Both the position numbers and the translations under genes were made by a program. 64,000 nucleotides of DNA, from the NCBI GenBank assembly GCA_010015585.1, contig ML975152.1. One strand, written 5' to 3'. Each line of letters opens with the position of its first letter. Position 1 is the stretch's first letter. Shown here piece after piece: positions 63,161 to 64,000 of the stretch. The stretch is from Eremomyces bilateralis CBS 781.70. Lineage: Eukaryota. Below the pieces are notes generated by a model, which saw only the letters and a list, made by a program, of their open reading frames with translations, was not told the DNA's origin and did not search any database.

Positions 63161-63672
63161 GATGTCGGCAGTGCTGCTTTCCGTCAACCATTGAAGCGGA
63201 AGGAGGATGGTACCACCATAACCTACAGCAGAGTGTCCATATTGAAAGAGAGTAGTGTCCGGGGGTATCGAGAAACCGGAGGCTTGAAACGGGAAGCAAT
63301 AAAGCAACGGTGGAGATCTAGTTCGCAATTTGCTTGCGGCGGCAGACAGGCAATCTCTAAGAGAGATGTTACACAAACGGCGATACTATTTCGTGCTCCG
63401 GATGGGTTGGCTGTGAGTCCACGATGTGCATATTTCCGAGAGTGACAATGGTACGGGGGACAAGAGAAGCATTGCAATATGAAGATGGGAGAAACGGAGA
63501 AGAGTCGGGGAATTGGAAGATTTAGCACAGTTTAGAGAAATGTCGCATCAAAATGAAGACCCTGCCAGTAGTACCTCCGTTGTCCGTCTCGTTCATACAA
63601 TACTAATCTGATAAATGGAAGGGAAGCTTCAGGCGTCCCCAATTTCCACGATGACAATCAAAGACGCTGACC

Positions 63673-63744
63673 GCTGAAAGGTGCAAAGATATCAAAGGTC
63701 TGATTGGCTGAAAGGTGCAAAGATTTCAAAGATATGATTGGCTG
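63673..63744. repeat. 34-bp direct repeat x2 (each with ATTGG/CCAAT) upstream of the PFK2-like gene
   Basis: gctgaaaggtgcaaagatatcaaaggtctgattg / gctgaaaggtgcaaagatttcaaagatatgattg / gctg. Confidence 0.85.
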
Positions 63745-64000
63745 TCACTGGAATTGATAAGGAACTGGTGGGAGAGTTCAAATGCACGTGATGATCAGCA
63801 GACCTAGTTGGCAGATTAACACGTGCAAGTCAGGTGACCACGCGTTAAGCACTGTTTGAGTCAGGAATATCTCCTTAACCGCTCGTGAATGAATCATGTC
63901 ATTAAGGCCCCAAGGCAATTATTCGATCCACCAGCCAGGCCATGGACTGGATATTCCCTAGAAGACTTCCCTTGATGCTGGACATCTGAAGACATGGACT

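Overview
Eukaryotic nuclear DNA from a filamentous ascomycete (Pezizomycotina), judged from short GT-AG introns with CTRAC branch points, a Zn2Cys6 factor, a cutinase and pogo/Fot1-type transposons. About 24 protein-coding genes are supportable. Housekeeping genes include DEN1/DenA deneddylase, cyt1, pno1, mdm31, dph6, a Seb1/MsnA C2H2 factor, MFAP1, RPA3/Ssb3 and a PFK2-like gene. Accessory genes include an NCS1 permease, a DUF1932 dehydrogenase/cupin pair, a PGAP4-like glycosyltransferase, a BBE-like FAD oxidase, a small secreted Cys-rich protein, a CorA-like protein, GH25 lysozyme, cutinase and a SesB-like hydrolase. Two different TA-targeting DDE transposons sit back to back at 19.5-23.4 kb, one broken and one intact. 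The most notable observations are: a secreted BBE-type flavoenzyme with a ~240-aa His-repeat/Gly-Ser insertion ending in a dibasic site; a 235-nt intron folding into a long hairpin; stacked excision-footprint-like insertions inside one transposon TIR; a fungal PGAP4/GT109-like enzyme; and a three-exon secreted Cys-rich protein missed by the ORF track. I found no unambiguous novel multi-gene system. All calls come from reading the sequence, without database searches, and exon boundaries are hand-derived.
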